Assembly (NCBI RefSeq): GCF_036321535.1
Contig: NC_087437.1
Coordinates: forward strand, 112,160,001 to 112,224,000
From: Camelus dromedarius
Lineage: Eukaryota
DNA length: 64,000 bases
Reading direction: 5' to 3'
Positions 25,271 through 39,203 of this stretch are shown here, one piece after another. The position numbers and the translations under genes are program-made. The notes below the pieces were generated by a model. It saw only the letters and a list, made by a program, of their open reading frames with translations. It was not told where the DNA came from and made no database searches. Positions within the stretch are counted from its first letter, which is position 1. The number at the start of each line of letters is the position of its first letter.

Positions 25271-27379
25271 GCTGACTGATTTAAATGCAAGGTATCGTGC
25301 CCTGGGAGGCAGGGAGGCTCATGTACAAGACCAAATACATCCTCTTTACTTTCGTCTCCCTTAAAAAAAAAAAAAAAAAAAAAAGACCCTTTCTACCCTG
25401 GCACCCCTTCCCTGTCACGAAGTGCTGCCAGCCCCTCCCCTTTGGTGTCATTCATTCTTGCTCCCTATTCTCTGTTCTCACTGCCACCATCCAGGCTCAG
25501 AACCTCTCTACCCCCTGTCTGGACTAGCCCCTAAACATGCTTCCTGCTCCAGCCTCCCCTACTTCTCGTCAGCTGCTTGGTTTTCCTAAAGAAACATTCT
25601 GAACAGGCTACTCTCTGTTCTTTCTCTTGCTGGACCTCTCCTTGGCCTTTCTTCCCTCTCTGTTTCTCAACCCCTTCACCCCTGCTTCCTAGAGTTCCCC
25701 TGAAATAGACCACCTACACCCAAGCCCATGTCTCAGGCTCTGCGCTGGGGGACCCCAACTAGGAGGCCAGGATCTCCATAAACCATCCTCGTGGGGGCTG
25801 TGCCTGCACCTGACAAAGGAGGGCAGTGGCCCCAGGGTCTGCGGGCAGCACAGGGAGGGCTCAGCGGTCGCCAGGGGGAGCTGCCTCTCCCCCGTCCCCC
25901 TGCCCTCCCATCCCACCTGTCCCCACCTGTCCTGCAGGCAGAGTAGAGAGCAGGATTTACTAGATGGTGACATGAAGCCCCATGACAAGGCCCTTAGGGA
26001 GGGACCATCTCCAGGGAGAAGAGCAGGTGGGGGGGGGCGGATTCTGCCTGGTCTGGGAGTCGGGGGTCGGGCGGCAGGGGGATGGGAGCAGCACAGCCTG
26101 CCGGGAACAGATGGGTATTCCCGGCTGCAGGCTAATTAACCAGCTCGGCAGCTCAGGGCCTGGGCCCAGGCATACTGGCTGCAGCCCCTGGGGACTGAGC
26201 ATAGGCGGGAGCCCACCAAGCCTGGAGTCCAGCCCCAAGACCCCACGCAGGAGAGAAGGAGGGAAGCAGGAGGGGAGGTCCCGGGAACAAGTCACGGCTC
26301 CAGTCCCCAGGCTGGAGGCCACTGCCCTCCCGGGGAGCAGCAGCTCCCAACGTGGAGCTGGTCTTACTCAGCAGGTACCAGAGCCCCAAGGAGAGGAGGA
26401 GAGGGAAGGAGGGCAGGGGGAAGAGTAAGAGACCCCTGCGTAAGGAGGCTGCCCCCCACAGCCTGCACTAGGCCAACCAGGCCCAGGTGACGGAAGTGGA
26501 ACTCTCAGGGATGGGGAGACTGGGGGGAGGGCGGTGTCACAGGCATCTGACAGCTTTTCAGTCACTTTATCTCCAAACCCAGGCAGCTGCCGGCACCTCT
26601 CACTACTTGGGGAGGCCCTTGGGGACTTGGTCCCGCTGAGGGCCCTGCCGGTGTCCGGCCTGCCTTCCCCCAGCCTTCCCTGCCACATTCCCTCTCTGGC
26701 TCTTCCCTCATTCCCAAGAACAGAATTCATTTCCAGCATTTCTGCTACCAAACCAGAGGCCCTGTGTGTGCTGTTGGGGAAGGAAGCTGGGGAGAAACAG
26801 GGCAAGCCTTTTCAGCAGAGTTGCACACGTCAAGAAAGGCATCTTTGGTCTGTTTATCTGTGATAAACCTATAGACACCTAAAATGGGCTGTATAGTATG
26901 CATCCCTAATTAACTAATCAGCAACACTTGAAATTTGACCAGGATCAAGTTGCATTTTTTCAATTGTGAGCAAGAGGAAGAAATCTCTCCCAGACACGAA
27001 GCAGCCCATACACACCTGTGCCAGAGAGCATGGTAGGCAGTATTTGTATCAAGGCTGATCTCCCAGCTCGGGGTGTTTTGTCTCTGAGTTCCCGGTGCAT
27101 AGACCACTCCTGGCTTTTAGTAGGAGTCAGTAAATATTTGTTGAATAAATAAATCCTCTTTCAAAAGACAGTCCCAGAATAATCAAACAGAATAGCTAAT
27201 GTATCTGCTTTTATGGAATGGAGAAAACATGTCCCAAGTAGCAGATCAATAGTGACAAAATAATGCTGGAATTAGCACCAGTCCACAAGCCAAGATGCAA
27301 AATAAATTGTCTTTGTTGTATATTGTTATACATTATTTTTCAAGTCCTTCTCTTTTCTATACTAATGTATTTATGGATA

Positions 27380-27550
27380 AAACAATCTAATGTCTGGATT
27401 TGCTTCAAAACACCCCAGCAGATTGAGAGTATAGATGAAACTAGGCTGGCCACGTGTGGATCACTGCTGGAGCTGGCTCTCAGGTATACAAGAATTGATG
27501 AAACTATTCTCTCTACTTTGGGCATTGAATTTCAGAAACATATTTGAAAC
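27380..27550 (+). mobile_element. Old L1 (L1MC/ME) 3' end fragment
   Basis: atgtctggatttgcttcaaaa...tatagatgaaactaggctggcca...actattctctctacttt. Confidence 0.7.
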
Positions 27551-28544
27551 GCCCCACTATAAAATGTTTTTACTAGCGCCTCCTAGGAAAATTTTAATTG
27601 AAACAAAGCAGAAGTTTTAGGAAAAATTAAGCATACAGTTCACAAGGTTGGTATCATACCCTTTTACAATACACTCACCCACATCGCCCCTCCGACCAGT
27701 CAAAGAAGCACTTATGCTCACAGCACTTATGTTCAAGGATGCTCTTTGCTGCTACCTTGATGCTCCGCAAATAAGAAAAGCTAAGTCACCAAAATGAGGA
27801 ATGATAAATTACATTACTGCTTCAATGACTTCTTCAGCAGTAACGGATTAAAAAGAAAAAGACAGTAAACAACGCTGAAGACAATTTCAGTGTGTGGCTC
27901 CACACTGTGGGATATCATTAAACTCTCTTGCAAAACCATTTTCAGAAACAAATCTAACAGGGGACGTGAACAACCAATTTCTAGCAAATTTCCATTGCTT
28001 CAAGAAGTCTCACACAAAATGTGAAGCAAGGACAGTGAACACACACACTCTCACTTTTGACGATGCTGTTTTAGTGTTAAGGAGCGTCTTCCATGTTTGA
28101 GTTCATAAGATGCCTTCAGTTTTGACCATTTGCGAAGGTTTTTAATTCTATGTCTTTTCTGCTCAATTTGGAAATTCAGTTGTTAAAAGCCATTTCGAAG
28201 TACCATTTTTAAACCTTGATCGTGGTTTCAAAAGGCAATTAAGAACGTAAATACTGACTATCTAAATAATATTCAAATAGGTGCCATTCATCTGAACAGT
28301 AAATTGCCAGCATGCTTGGACATTTTAATGGGATCCCAAAATCTCTCTGGAAGATTCAAGTTGTCCTGTTAAAGAGATTATCAGCAGATTTCCAAAAGGA
28401 AGCACACCGCAATGTCACAAAACCCTTCTTTAACCTGAGATTTGAACAAGCAAAACCATTCCACAAATACTGAGACTGTATTTCCAAATGCATTCCAGAA
28501 TGACCTTGGATAGTCAGTGCAATGAATATACTATTTTTGGATCC

Positions 28545-28912
28545 TGGGAGATAGAATTAAGAAAAAGATAGTTACCAGGGGCTGGGGGCCAGGTGGGGGG
28601 TGGAGATGGGAGAGGTGGTGTTTAAGAATACAAATTTGCAACTGGAAATAAATGAGCCCTCGCGATCTAATGCACAATATAATGATTATAGGCAACAATA
28701 TCGTATTAGAAATATCAGACTTGCTCAGAGACTGCATCTAAATTATTCCCACCACGAAAAAATAAATGATAATTATATGATGTCATAGAGGTGTCAGCTA
28801 ACACTACAGTGCCAATCGTATTATAATATATAAATGTATCAAATCAACACATTGTACATCTGAAACATACACAATGTTACTTGTCAAACGTATTTCAATT
28901 TTAAAAAGAAAA
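28545..28912 (+). mobile_element. L1 3' end (L1MA9-like)
   Basis: gttaccaggggctggg...gatctaatgcacaa...aaatgtatcaaatcaacacattgtacatctgaaac...A-rich tail. Confidence 0.8.
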
Positions 28913-29364
28913 ATAGCACAGTCATATTTTTTATCACTGAGACAGAAGCAATGTGAAAAAGAGAGCTCAATTCCAAAGGATGGATCTAAAATTAAGTGTA
29001 GTTTTAAATTACCACCACATTACTCGTGTGAATGTGTATATATATATGTGTGTGTGTGAATATATATATTCGCAAATGGTCAAAACTGAAAGCATCTTAT
29101 AAACTCAGACATATATATACACACACTTCCTAAACAAGCACTCAAGATGAATGACTCTGAAGGAGCGTTCCATAGACAAACCAAACATCAGTCTGATCAA
29201 AGCAGCTGATTTGTCTGTAGAGTTAAAGCCAGAGCAGTCCGTGGAAAGTTTCTACCAAAGACTGGAACAAACAGGGCTATTTAGGTAGAAATACAAAGTG
29301 GCAAACCCACCTGGGGACGCCCAAGCAGGACATGACTTTGCAGGACTAGCAGATGGTCCCTAAA

Positions 29365-30240
29365 ATGTCACTGCGGCCTTTCGCATCTCAGTGAGTGAGT
29401 GGCAGCTGTGGCTCAGGCCAAAACCAGGGGAGCATCCTGCTCTCCCTCTAACCCCACAACCCATCTGTTGGCAAATCCTAAACTTGAAAGGATATCCAGA
29501 ATATGACCACTTCTCACACCTCTGTCTGGACAGCATCATGTAATGTCTGGATTCTTACTGTAGCCTCACCTGGTCTCCCTGCCCCACGCAGTCTGTTCTT
29601 AACACAGCAGCCAGGATGGTTCCTTAAAAACCTAAGTCAGATCAAGTCAGCTTGCTGCTCTGAATCCTCCAGGGACTCCTCTATTCTATTCAGAGTCAAA
29701 GCAAAGTCTTTACCACACCAACACCCTGACGCCCTACAAGATCCGCCCCGTCCCACACCCCATCGCCAGTCCCTCTTGGACCTCATCTGGAACCCGAGAC
29801 CCTCCCCCTGGCTGACGCTGCTCCCTGCACACCATACCCCGCCACGCTCCTCCAGCACGCCAAGGCTGCTTCTCTGCCTAGAGCACGCATCCTCAGACGT
29901 CCTCACCACTCCCACCCTCACCCCCTCAAGTCTTCGCTCAGACAGCACCTTCTCAATGAGCCTGCCTCAACCTCCCTACTTAAAATGGTAACCTCACCCA
30001 TCCAGTGCTCCCACCCCCCAAACCCTACTTTACTTTACCCCACGGCACTTTTCACCTCCTTACCCATGACATCCATGACCTATATTTATCACATTTACTG
30101 TGTGTAGTCGGCCTCCCCACCCCAGCTCCCAAGACACACAAGCTCCAGGAGGACAGTAACATTTACATCCTGAGCACTTAGGACTGTGCCAGGCTCACAG
30201 CAGGGATAGTCCGTGAATAAATTAACAAGTGAATGGATGA
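29365..30240 (+). mobile_element. L2 (L2a-like) 3' portion
   Basis: atatccagaatatgaccacttctc...cacagcagccaggatggttcctt...cagagtcaaagcaaagtcttt...ends gtgaatggatga. Confidence 0.8.
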
Positions 30241-30502
30241 TCGGTCGTGAAAGAAAAACGAGTGGAAGATGAAACTTTCGAGAATCTTACTGTCTCCCGT
30301 CCCACCTCCTCCTCTCACTGTGACAAAGAAGTTGATCTGGGAGAATGAAGGACCTCCGATTTACCTGGGGGAAGTCACAGATCAGGACTTTCCCCCCAAA
30401 AAAGTCTTTATTAATAGTAAAACAATAAAAGTAGACCTTTACCAAGGATCTTCTATGTCCCGGGAACTGCCTTTCCTACCTCTGCTTCTTGAAACTCAAC
30501 AC

Positions 30503-31299
30503 TGTGAGGTGTTGGGTTTCATTTGTGAGTGTGCAACTTGATTTTTTGGTAACCCTTCTGACACCAGCTGAAATGTGGTCCTGGCTCAAGCACCAAGTTT
30601 CCCGCAGGCCCCTCGAGTCAAGGCGCGGCCCTCCCCCGGATGGCCCTCACCTCGACGCCAGCCACGCTCCTGGGTTCCCAGGCCACCTGCACTTCTGACC
30701 GACTGGCCGCACATTCAGAGCCTCCCACAGCCCCCTCGGGTTTGATAATTCCCTAGAATGACTCACAGAGCCCAGGGAGGTGCTATAACTTACCATCACA
30801 CTTTTATTATAAAGTATCTAAACCCGGACAACCAAATGAGAGCTCACACACAGCCAAGGTCTGAGAGGTCCCCAGTGCAGAGCTTCTGTGCCCCCGCCCC
30901 GTAGCATCAGGCACGTCACCTGCCTGGCACACGAACGAACGTGTCAGCCAGCCAGCCAGCAGTCTCCCCCCAGCCTCCACGTCCAGAGTTTCTCACTGGA
31001 GTTTCATTACGTCAGCACGATTGACTGACTCACCAGCCACGTGGCTGAAATAACCCCCCACCTCCCTCCCTCCCTCAGAGGTCAGGCTGGCCCAAACCCC
31101 AACCTGCTGATCACCTGGCTGGCTTTCTGGTGACCAGCCCCCATCCTGAATCATCTTATCTCTTAGGATAAACTCAGGTGTGATCCAAGCGGCTCATGAG
31201 TAACAAAGACACTCCTGTTACCTGGGAAATTCCAAGAATTTGGAGGCTCCCTCTCATGAACCAGAAACAAAAGCCAGTCACAGGCTTTATTATACAACA
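30503..31299 (-). mobile_element. ERV solo LTR, MER21-like
   Basis: ttctgacacca...ggccacctgcacttctgaccgactggc...gtttgataattccctagaatgactcacaga...agacactcct...ggaaattccaag; TG...CA ends. Confidence 0.75.
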
Positions 31300-31902
31300 G
31301 TAACACCACTTAAATTCTCCTTCAAGGCCTCACTCAGCTGGCAGAAAGGCATCTCAGTCCATTACTTGGCTAAATTTTATCCAGGACTAATTCCTATTTC
31401 GGGGAAGAGGGGCTCACCGGGCTCCAAGGCGACAGGGTAGGAGGCAGCACGCATCCGGGAGCGGGGCCCCTCTGTGCCAGCCGCCACACCTGTAGCTCTC
31501 AGCCTCCAAGGGACTCTGCGAGGCTTCTAAGGCAGAGCCTAGATCCCATCTCAACCCGTGGTCTCATTTCTGTCTAGGCTGCTGCTGCTGCTTTAGAATC
31601 TAGAGCATGAGGCCAAGCCCCTGTACTCGTCCATCCCACAGACCACTTTTTTAACCCCAACTGGATTCAGTCATCAGTCAGTGGGGGAGAGGGGTACAGA
31701 ATGCTTTTTCCCAGGGATGATGAATATTCATGAACCCACTTTTCCTCCAATCATCCTCTCCCCACAGCCTGGAGCATCCTTTTCTAATTCAGAAGCAAAG
31801 AGCCTTGTTCTTACATCATTATTCCTCTCCTGTATCTGAGCTATGTCTGCATCAGTTCCATTCCTCACCAAGGATTGGATTTTAAAATGTAAAGGCCTAT
31901 CT

Positions 31903-32012
31903 TCTTTTTTTTTTTTAATTGAAGTATAGGTGATTTGCAATGTTGTGTTAGTTTCAGGTGTACAGCAAAGTGATTCAGTTATACACACACACACACACAC
32001 ACACATATACAT

Positions 32013-32043
<31 letters not shown>

Positions 32044-32225
32044 TATATATTCTTTTTCAGGTTCTTTTCTGTTCTAGATTATTACAAGACTTTGAATACA
32101 GTTCCCTGTGCTATACACTGGGTCCTTGCTGTTTATCTATTTTATATATAGTAGTGTGTATCTGTTAATCCCTAAATTCCTAATTTATCCTTCCCTCCGC
32201 CCTCCGTCCCCTTTGTTAACCATAG
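31903..32225 (-). mobile_element. 5'-truncated artiodactyl-type L1 3' end with internal (CA)n microsatellite
   Basis: polyT + aattgaagtatag...gtttcaggtgtacagcaaagtgattcagttata...gttccctgtgctatac; (CA)n at about 31983-32040. Confidence 0.88.
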
Positions 32226-32776
32226 TCACTAAATTTTGGAGCAATATGTTACACAGAAATACATCACACTTTTTTTTCTGTTGGAGACAACAGGAAACTA
32301 AGAGAATCCACTGCAAACAGCACAGAATCGATGTCTCTAGAGACACTCCATTAAAAAGCCCTTCCAGCCGGGCCGGGTCCATCTTGGGAGTAGATGTGGA
32401 GAAGAACAGTGTAGTCAGAGGTTCCCTGGTTCCTGTTGAACTAAGTGACCCCCCATGACTGCTGGCCCTGCCGAGCCTTCCCCAGGGGCAAACGCCCAAG
32501 TCCTCACAGTGGTCGGCAAGTGACACAGATGAATGGAACAGGTGGAGTGTTTGCAAATCACATAGGAATGAATATTCTTCACTTCCAACAGGACCAATGT
32601 TTTTCTTCCGTTTTTTTCTTGAAACAGGCAGCCTTCCGTGGGTGTTTTGTTGTCACCTCAGCTAGAGACATAGGTAAAAGAGACACCATCTCTACCATCA
32701 GACAAACCACAGTGCAAGGGCAACTGCAAATGGCAAGTGACACTGTTCTCAGGCTCAAGGAGGCAATGGAGGTGGG

Positions 32777-33197
32777 TGTAGTAGATGCTGTGGTATGCTG
32801 CCCGGATGTCCTGCAGGATGGGCATGCTGCTGGGAGTGAGTGAGCTGGTGGCTCTCAGTGGGGTCACTCTCTGGGGGAACTGGGCTCAGCTGAAAACAGC
32901 CATGTTGCCCAAGGTCACGCCTCTTCTTAGGAATCAGACCACGTCTAGCAGTGGTCAAAGTGGGATATAAGGTCTGGCTCCCTTCCCTTGAGACAGGACA
33001 ACCTTGAAAGACCATCCTATCTCCTCTGGGATGGGCTGAGCCCATGGTTGTGACTGACTGACCTTGTCATGATTCAGTTTCGCCATCCAATTCTTCCTCC
33101 ATTCTACACCAGTAATGACCCTAAGACCACACCCCAAAACACGCCCGACTATAAATCCCCACGTGAGGTGGCTTCCCAGGGAACCCCACTGAAGACA
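32777..33197 (+). mobile_element. ERVL solo LTR, LTR16A-like
   Basis: tgtagtagatgct start; cccaaggtcacgcc...gggatataagg; ends ttcccagggaacccc actgaagaca. Confidence 0.75.
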
Positions 33198-33567
33198 GGG
33201 GGCACTAGGATGACCAGAAGTGGGCAGCTGCTGCTCCAGCCATGGCTCCATGTCAGAACTGAGCTAGCTCTTGCAATGTATCGAGAGAAGTAATAAATCT
33301 AGAATTTTTATGTGAAATCTTGTCATATTTAAATGGCAACTTGCTTTTTCACTGTCCCATTTGCAACCTCTGAATTCAATCCTTTTCACCAAAGTTGATG
33401 AGACCTAATCAAGAAATATATCTAGACTCTTGAATTCAGTAAGCAAAATCTACGTACTGCTACATTTCACATTATCCCCTAAAATTCTCAGATGATTGAA
33501 CAAATATGAAAAGAGATAGTAACAGGGCTTATCTTTATGTAGGCTAGCAATTTTACTGTTTGCCCAT

Positions 33568-33981
33568 TGTTATGAACTGACTGTTTCTGTCCCTCCTGCC
33601 CCTGAAGAATTTGTGTGTTGAAGCTCTAACCCCCAATGTGATGGTATTTGGAGATGGGAACTCTGGGAGGTGATTGGGGTTAGATGAGGTCATGAGGCTC
33701 GGGCCCTCATGATGGAATTAGTGCCCTGATAGGAAATGGAAGAGACACCAGAGAGCTTGTTCTCTCTCCTCACTTGAGCACACACACAAAGACGAGGTCA
33801 TGTGTGCGCACAGCAAGATGGTGGCTGTCTACAAGACAAGGAAAGAGACCTCACATGAAACTTACCTTATCTGCACCTTAATCTTCAACTTCCCAGCCTC
33901 TGGAATGATGAGCTATACATTTCTGTTGTTTAAGCCACTTGGTCTATGGTACTTGGTTAGAGCCTCCCGTGCTGACTAAGA
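33568..33981 (+). mobile_element. MaLR solo LTR, MLT1A-like
   Basis: taacccccaatgtgatggtatttggagatggg...ttagatgaggtcatgagg...tttctgttgtttaagccac...gactaaga. Confidence 0.88.
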
Positions 33982-35044
33982 ATTGCCCGTCATTGTTCTG
34001 CATCATTACACTGTACCATTCAAGCCATGGGTCAGTTACCCACGTTGCATACACTGGAAGTTACCACATCAGAATCTCAGGTGGGTCACTGGGCCCAGCA
34101 CCAGGACATCAGCTCCTACGTGGGGAAGACACCCCAGCTTCTCAGCCTCACTGTTCAGCCCCCTTGCCTCGTCCTTGGTTGTTTGAACAGAAAGTTGTTC
34201 ACCATGTTGATCTCAGCCAGTGAAACTCTAGAACTTTAGTTTTGTATTTTAACTTATTTCTGAAACTGTTGATCTGGGATCAGTGCACACATCTATGCAA
34301 ATCAGAAGGCAATCATCCTCCCCTCCAGTTGTCTGCATGCAGTAACTTACAGTTGCTCCCAAGAGCTGAGTGAATTGGAAACTTAAAGAGCACAATGAGC
34401 ATGCTCTGGCTAAAGGTCTGTGCCCATCATCAGACCGTCTTCGTTGCTCACGTGCCTTCAGTCAAGAGGCAATTTCACCTGCACCTGCTTCTTTCAGGCC
34501 ATCGATCCAAACGGCAACAGGAAGCATGTGTGTCATTCCCTTTCTGTGTGAAGAAATTCTGTTGGTCTTGTGTTTCCATAAGAGGACGGTGACCAGCTGG
34601 ATTTACAGCCCATTTACAGCCAAGGTAGTAACGCTTGAGCAGCTGGATGGCCCCACATCTGTGACTCTGGCCAGTTAGTGTTTGTATCCACACTGCTGGC
34701 ATCAAGTTGACACCTTGTCCAGACCACAGGGTAACTGGCATATCCATTGGAAAGAAAGCAGCATTCCCTTCATAGGTCACAGAAAAATGAACACTGCCAT
34801 GCCAGCTATCCTTCTCATCAAACTGTGTCAGGACTGGAGAGTAAGGAGGCTCTCAGATAAATATGTGTGGAATGAATAAATGAGCATCAGTTCAGGCAGT
34901 CTCTGAATGATATCCTGGTATAATTCATTGAATGCTCAGAATTTAAATGTGGGCCCTTGACTTTATACAGATAATCCTACTCCCCCCAGCCCAAGTACTT
35001 CTGATGTCCAACATTATGGTTGAACTTAAATTAAGTGACCAGGC

Positions 35045-35530
35045 TACTGAAGGCTGTCCATGACCTGCCCCCAACTCACCTCTTTAGCTTCATGTCTCTG
35101 TTTCCTCCAGCCTGTGCCCAGAGCTCCAGCTACATAGAACTCCCCTACTCCTGTGAAGGCGCAGGCCTCTGCTTGCCCCTGGGCCTTTGCACATCCTATT
35201 CTCTCTGCTGATGCGTTCTTTCACCAGCACCACCACCACTACCCTAATTCATTCATATTCATTCTTCAAGTCCCAGATTTGATGCCTCATCTCCCGAGGA
35301 GACCTTCCTCAACCCCCTCCTTCCTCTGGGTTAGGCGCCCCTCCTGTGTTCCTGGAGTTTCCCTATTTTACCCCCATTGCACTGCCTTGTAGCAGTCTCA
35401 CTATATGCCGTACCTCACATCAGGCTGTACACACAATGCAGGGAAGTGTGTTCATTGTTGTATCTTCAGGGCCTGGCAAAGGGGCAGTACTTGTTAAACA
35501 TGTGAGTTTGGGCTGCGTGGTGGAATGAAA
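35045..35530 (+). mobile_element. L2 3' fragment
   Basis: catgacctgcccc...gggcctttgcacatcctattctctctgc...gagaccttcctcaacc. Confidence 0.65.
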
Positions 35531-35765
35531 AAGTTAATTGGCCATGAGAGCTCTACTCTTGTGTCCTCCAAGAAGCAGACAAGATGGGATTCGGAGAACA
35601 GCTTTGGAATCAGACAGATTTGCATGTGTAGCCTGGCCCTGCCCATACCAGCTATATGAATGAGATAACAGACACAACTCCGGATAGCTTAAACCTCGGA
35701 GTTTATTTTAACCTAGGAGTTAGCTCACAGAAGCTCGGGGAAGGGAGGGAACCAGACAGGCCAGC

Positions 35766-36282
35766 TGTGCCCATTTCAAAACCTGTCTGAAAACTCTTGG
35801 ACACTTGTCTCATCAAAGGTGGAATCTAACTGCTCTCCTTGAATGTGGGCCGGCCTTACTGGTTGCATGAATTCTGAAGCTTAGTGACACAGCTTCTGCT
35901 GGCTGTCTCTCTCTGTCTCCGTCTCTGCCCCCCTCTCTCTCTCTGTTCACTCTTGGAACCCTGCCACCATGTTGTGAGGAAGCCAAGCAGCCATATGGAA
36001 AGACCACGTATAGGTGCTGTGGCCACGGCCCAGGGAAGGGCCCAGACAAGAGCCAGCATCAACCACCAGCCATGCCGATGGGCAAACCTGATGGTCCCAG
36101 CCTCCCCCACCAACCCCCCCACCATGCCTTCCAGTCATTCTAACCAATGCTGAGTGGGACAGAAATGATGGTCCCTGCCAAGCCCTACCCAAATTGCAGA
36201 TTCATGAGCAAAATAAATACTGCAGTTGTTTTAAGCCTCTGGGTTTTGGAGTGTTGCTTACACAGTAATAGGTACCAGAACA
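35766..36282 (+). mobile_element. MaLR solo LTR, MLT1G/H-like
   Basis: gccaccatgttgtgaggaagcc...gccagcatcaaccaccagccatg...cccaaattgcagattcatgagcaaaataaat...gttttaagcc...ggtaccagaaca. Confidence 0.85.
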
Positions 36283-36829
36283 ACAGCTTTGTGGCCAAGA
36301 GTCTATGCCACTCCTGCTGGGCAGAGACCCCTGAAGTTCATACCAGGGACACTGGACACTGCGTTCAGTGCTACAACTTCTGCCATGGTTGCCCCCAAAG
36401 AGCTGCCCCCACTCCAACTAGGAGGGTCCATGCAGATGTTTCCTGGAGTCTGTCAGGCCTGAACCAAACTTCAAGGAGGGGCGTCTGACTGAGGGAGCCA
36501 GGTCCCATGTGGCAAGGGAGGCTGGGGAAGCAAATGTCTGGGTACTTCCTGGAGGAGCAGCAGACTCAAGAGACAGAGACTTCCCCAAACAAGGAAGGGT
36601 CTCTGAGAAACCCAAGGACCAGAGCATCCCTGTGGACATCTCACCCAGAGGCTCCAGCCAGGGACTTCACCTGCCTGCGATTCAGCACTGCCGAACCAGA
36701 GGACCACTGCCTCACAGGCCGTTATTCAGGGTGAAACACAGCATGTGAGGAACAGCCTGGCCCCGGTGAACGCACTGCACATGAGACTCTGTGAGAACTG
36801 GCGCTGGGGGCAGACCCAGGAGTCAGTAG

Positions 36830-36985
36830 TGACCGACCTCTGTGATTCTCACACCATCTGCATTAAAGCATCCGGAGGGCTTGTTACAAAGCAGATTTTC
36901 AGGCCCTCCGGAGACCTACTCATTCAGGGAGAGGCCAGAGGATCAGCATTTTAACACATTCTCCAGGTGATTCCCTGATCTAGGG
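36830..36985. mobile_element. MER5A-like hAT MITE
   Basis: ggagggcttgttacaaagcagatt...gcattttaacacattctccaggtgattc. Confidence 0.65.
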
Positions 36986-37819
36986 TTAGGGCCCCTCCCT
37001 CCTACCCAGCATTCACTTACCCACTCATCCATTTATTCAACAGCCAACTTCCAACTGTGAGCTCAGTCAGGGCTGTGCGAATAGAAGGACCAGTAGCAGT
37101 CTCCTTGGGGTCGTGGGGAGCAGGGTTAGGGAGGTGCATTCAGACGTGCAGCATGGACGGTAGGAGCGGTGGAGAGAACAGGTGCTGGGGGAGGAGAGGG
37201 AGATGCTGGGGGGGTTGCTTCACACGGCTTCCCCTGCCCACAGCAGGAAAGGACCGTCACCAGCAGCCAGGTCCAGGGTCAGGTCCAGCCACCCTAAGGA
37301 CCTGACTCAGCCCAGTGCCAAATTCCTGGGGGAGCCCATCAGATTGGCCCACCTAGCGGAGGTGTACTCCCACAGCCGCAGAGAGCCCACCCCTCTGACT
37401 CAGCCCCCAGGGCTGCGCTGTGTCCGGCAGTGAGGCAGAGCCCTCAAGTCCGTCCTCTGTTGAGGGGTGAGGTCCCACCAGGAGGAAATGGCAGGAAGCT
37501 GCTGCAGGGGGAGCAACATAAATGGGGAAACGGGCCAGAGCAAACCACCTGGGAGAAGAGAGAACAGGAAGACCAGTGCAGCGGGAAAGGACTGACGCTG
37601 CAGAAGTGAAACCACAATCAGGCTGGAGGCAGATCATGGGGAACCTCAACAGCATCTTTGGATTTTATCTTCTGTAAGCACTCAGGGACCAGGGAAGGGT
37701 CTGAAACTGGGTGGCTGTGACTGGAGCCTATGTCAGGAGGACTGGTCTAGAAGCCCATGCAGATGCCAGCCGGGCCAGCAACCAGCCTGGGGGACTCCTG
37801 GAGGGAATGGAATTAGCAT

Positions 37820-37965
37820 TCTGAGCACCTACTGGAGCCAGGCACTCATCTAGGTACTTACACATAACATTGTTTGGTTGAATCCTTACAGCAACTCTAT
37901 CACGAGTCCATTTCACAGATAAGGAAACTGAGCGTTGGATTGGGACTCACTGGCTCAAAGGCACC
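37820..37965 (-). mobile_element. MIR SINE fragment
   Basis: tgagcacctact..gccaggcact...aatccttacagcaactctat...ccatttcacagataaggaaactgag. Confidence 0.75.
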
Positions 37966-39103
37966 ACAGCCCTTGTCTGTTCCTCAGGATTATCCATCTG
38001 CATTACTATGTGACCCTTCCCGCCAGCACATGCAAGTTGGGAATGATCATGGTGCCACTCCCCTGGATGAAAGGATCCTAGTAGCTTTCAGTCTTTTTCC
38101 TTTTTTAAGAATATAAACGAGGCAGAAGTTGAGTTTTTTGATTCTGAATTCTAAACCAGAGAATACATCTCACATGTAAAGCAATGAGTCTCCCCCCAAA
38201 TTATTCAGCACTAGAATGGAAAAACATGCTTCCAGAAATGCCCAAGAGCGTTGTGCACCCAGGGAGAGCGTCCAAGTTCTACTCAACCCATCAAAGGAAA
38301 CTGCCTTCTCAAAGGAACATGTAGGAGACAGAGTGAGCATGACTAGGTTGTATGTTTTCTCCCATATTTAGGAGGGAAAACCCCAAATCTGTCATTTCTG
38401 CACATATTCACCAAAAAGGACTCAACATTGTCTGTTTAGGAGGCAGTCCTAGTACCAGCTTCCGTGCCAATGAGCTGGTATTTTGAGGTTAGCAGGGTAG
38501 AAAGGATGCCCTTTTCATCAGTGTGTTTAATACCAAACAAGCAGTGAAAGTTAAAATAATTACCTGCGAACAACTGTGTACGTTTCTGTCGTCTAATTAG
38601 GTAATCTGCCCAGGTGTTTAGCACCAAGGCCTCTATGCTTTAATTGGAAAAAGTCAAGGACAGAAACTAATTAGCAGCATTAATCCAAACCAGAAGTCTA
38701 ATGATATTAACCACAAATCACCACTGCAACCAGGAGCCTTTATTCTAAAACATTTTTCGAAGCAGGGGAGGAGGGAAAGAAAACACAGCGTCTTTGACCT
38801 TTAGACTATTGACTTCTAACCTCCAGTTCCTGGCAACTTTGATCCACTCTCTCAAAGAAATTGAAAGAATTGTGATTAAGGAAAAAGGCAGTACAGAATA
38901 AGTGGATGAATACCGCATCCGTAAATTTTCTTTTAGGCAAGAGAGAATTAAATACCACCTTAAACTCAGTAACACCCAGTTCAGTTTATTCCCTCTTCCT
39001 CATCTCCTTCCTGAAGTCCCCTCCAAATAATAGATGATAATCCATCTGTACCCGGAACTTTCCAAGGGCACAGAGAGTTTTATGGCCTTAAAACTCTCCT
39101 AAA

Positions 39104-39203
39104 GGGGGGAGGGGTATAGATCAGTGGTCAAGTATGCGCTTGGCATGCACAAGGTCCCAGGTTCAATCCCCAATACCTCCATCAAAAGTAAAAATAAAAA
39201 TAC
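39104..39203 (+). mobile_element. Camelid tRNA-derived SINE (short-tail copy)
   Basis: ggggggaggggtatagatcagtgg...ggttcaatccccaatacctcc + A tail; 11-bp TSD actctcctaaa at 39093-39103 and 39204-39214. Confidence 0.9.

Noticed and set aside
24582..26863. Cluster of 100-170-aa overlapping ORFs
   Set aside because: Explained by local GC richness and LTR16/L2 sequence; open on both strands, no splice-consistent coding pattern or known homology.
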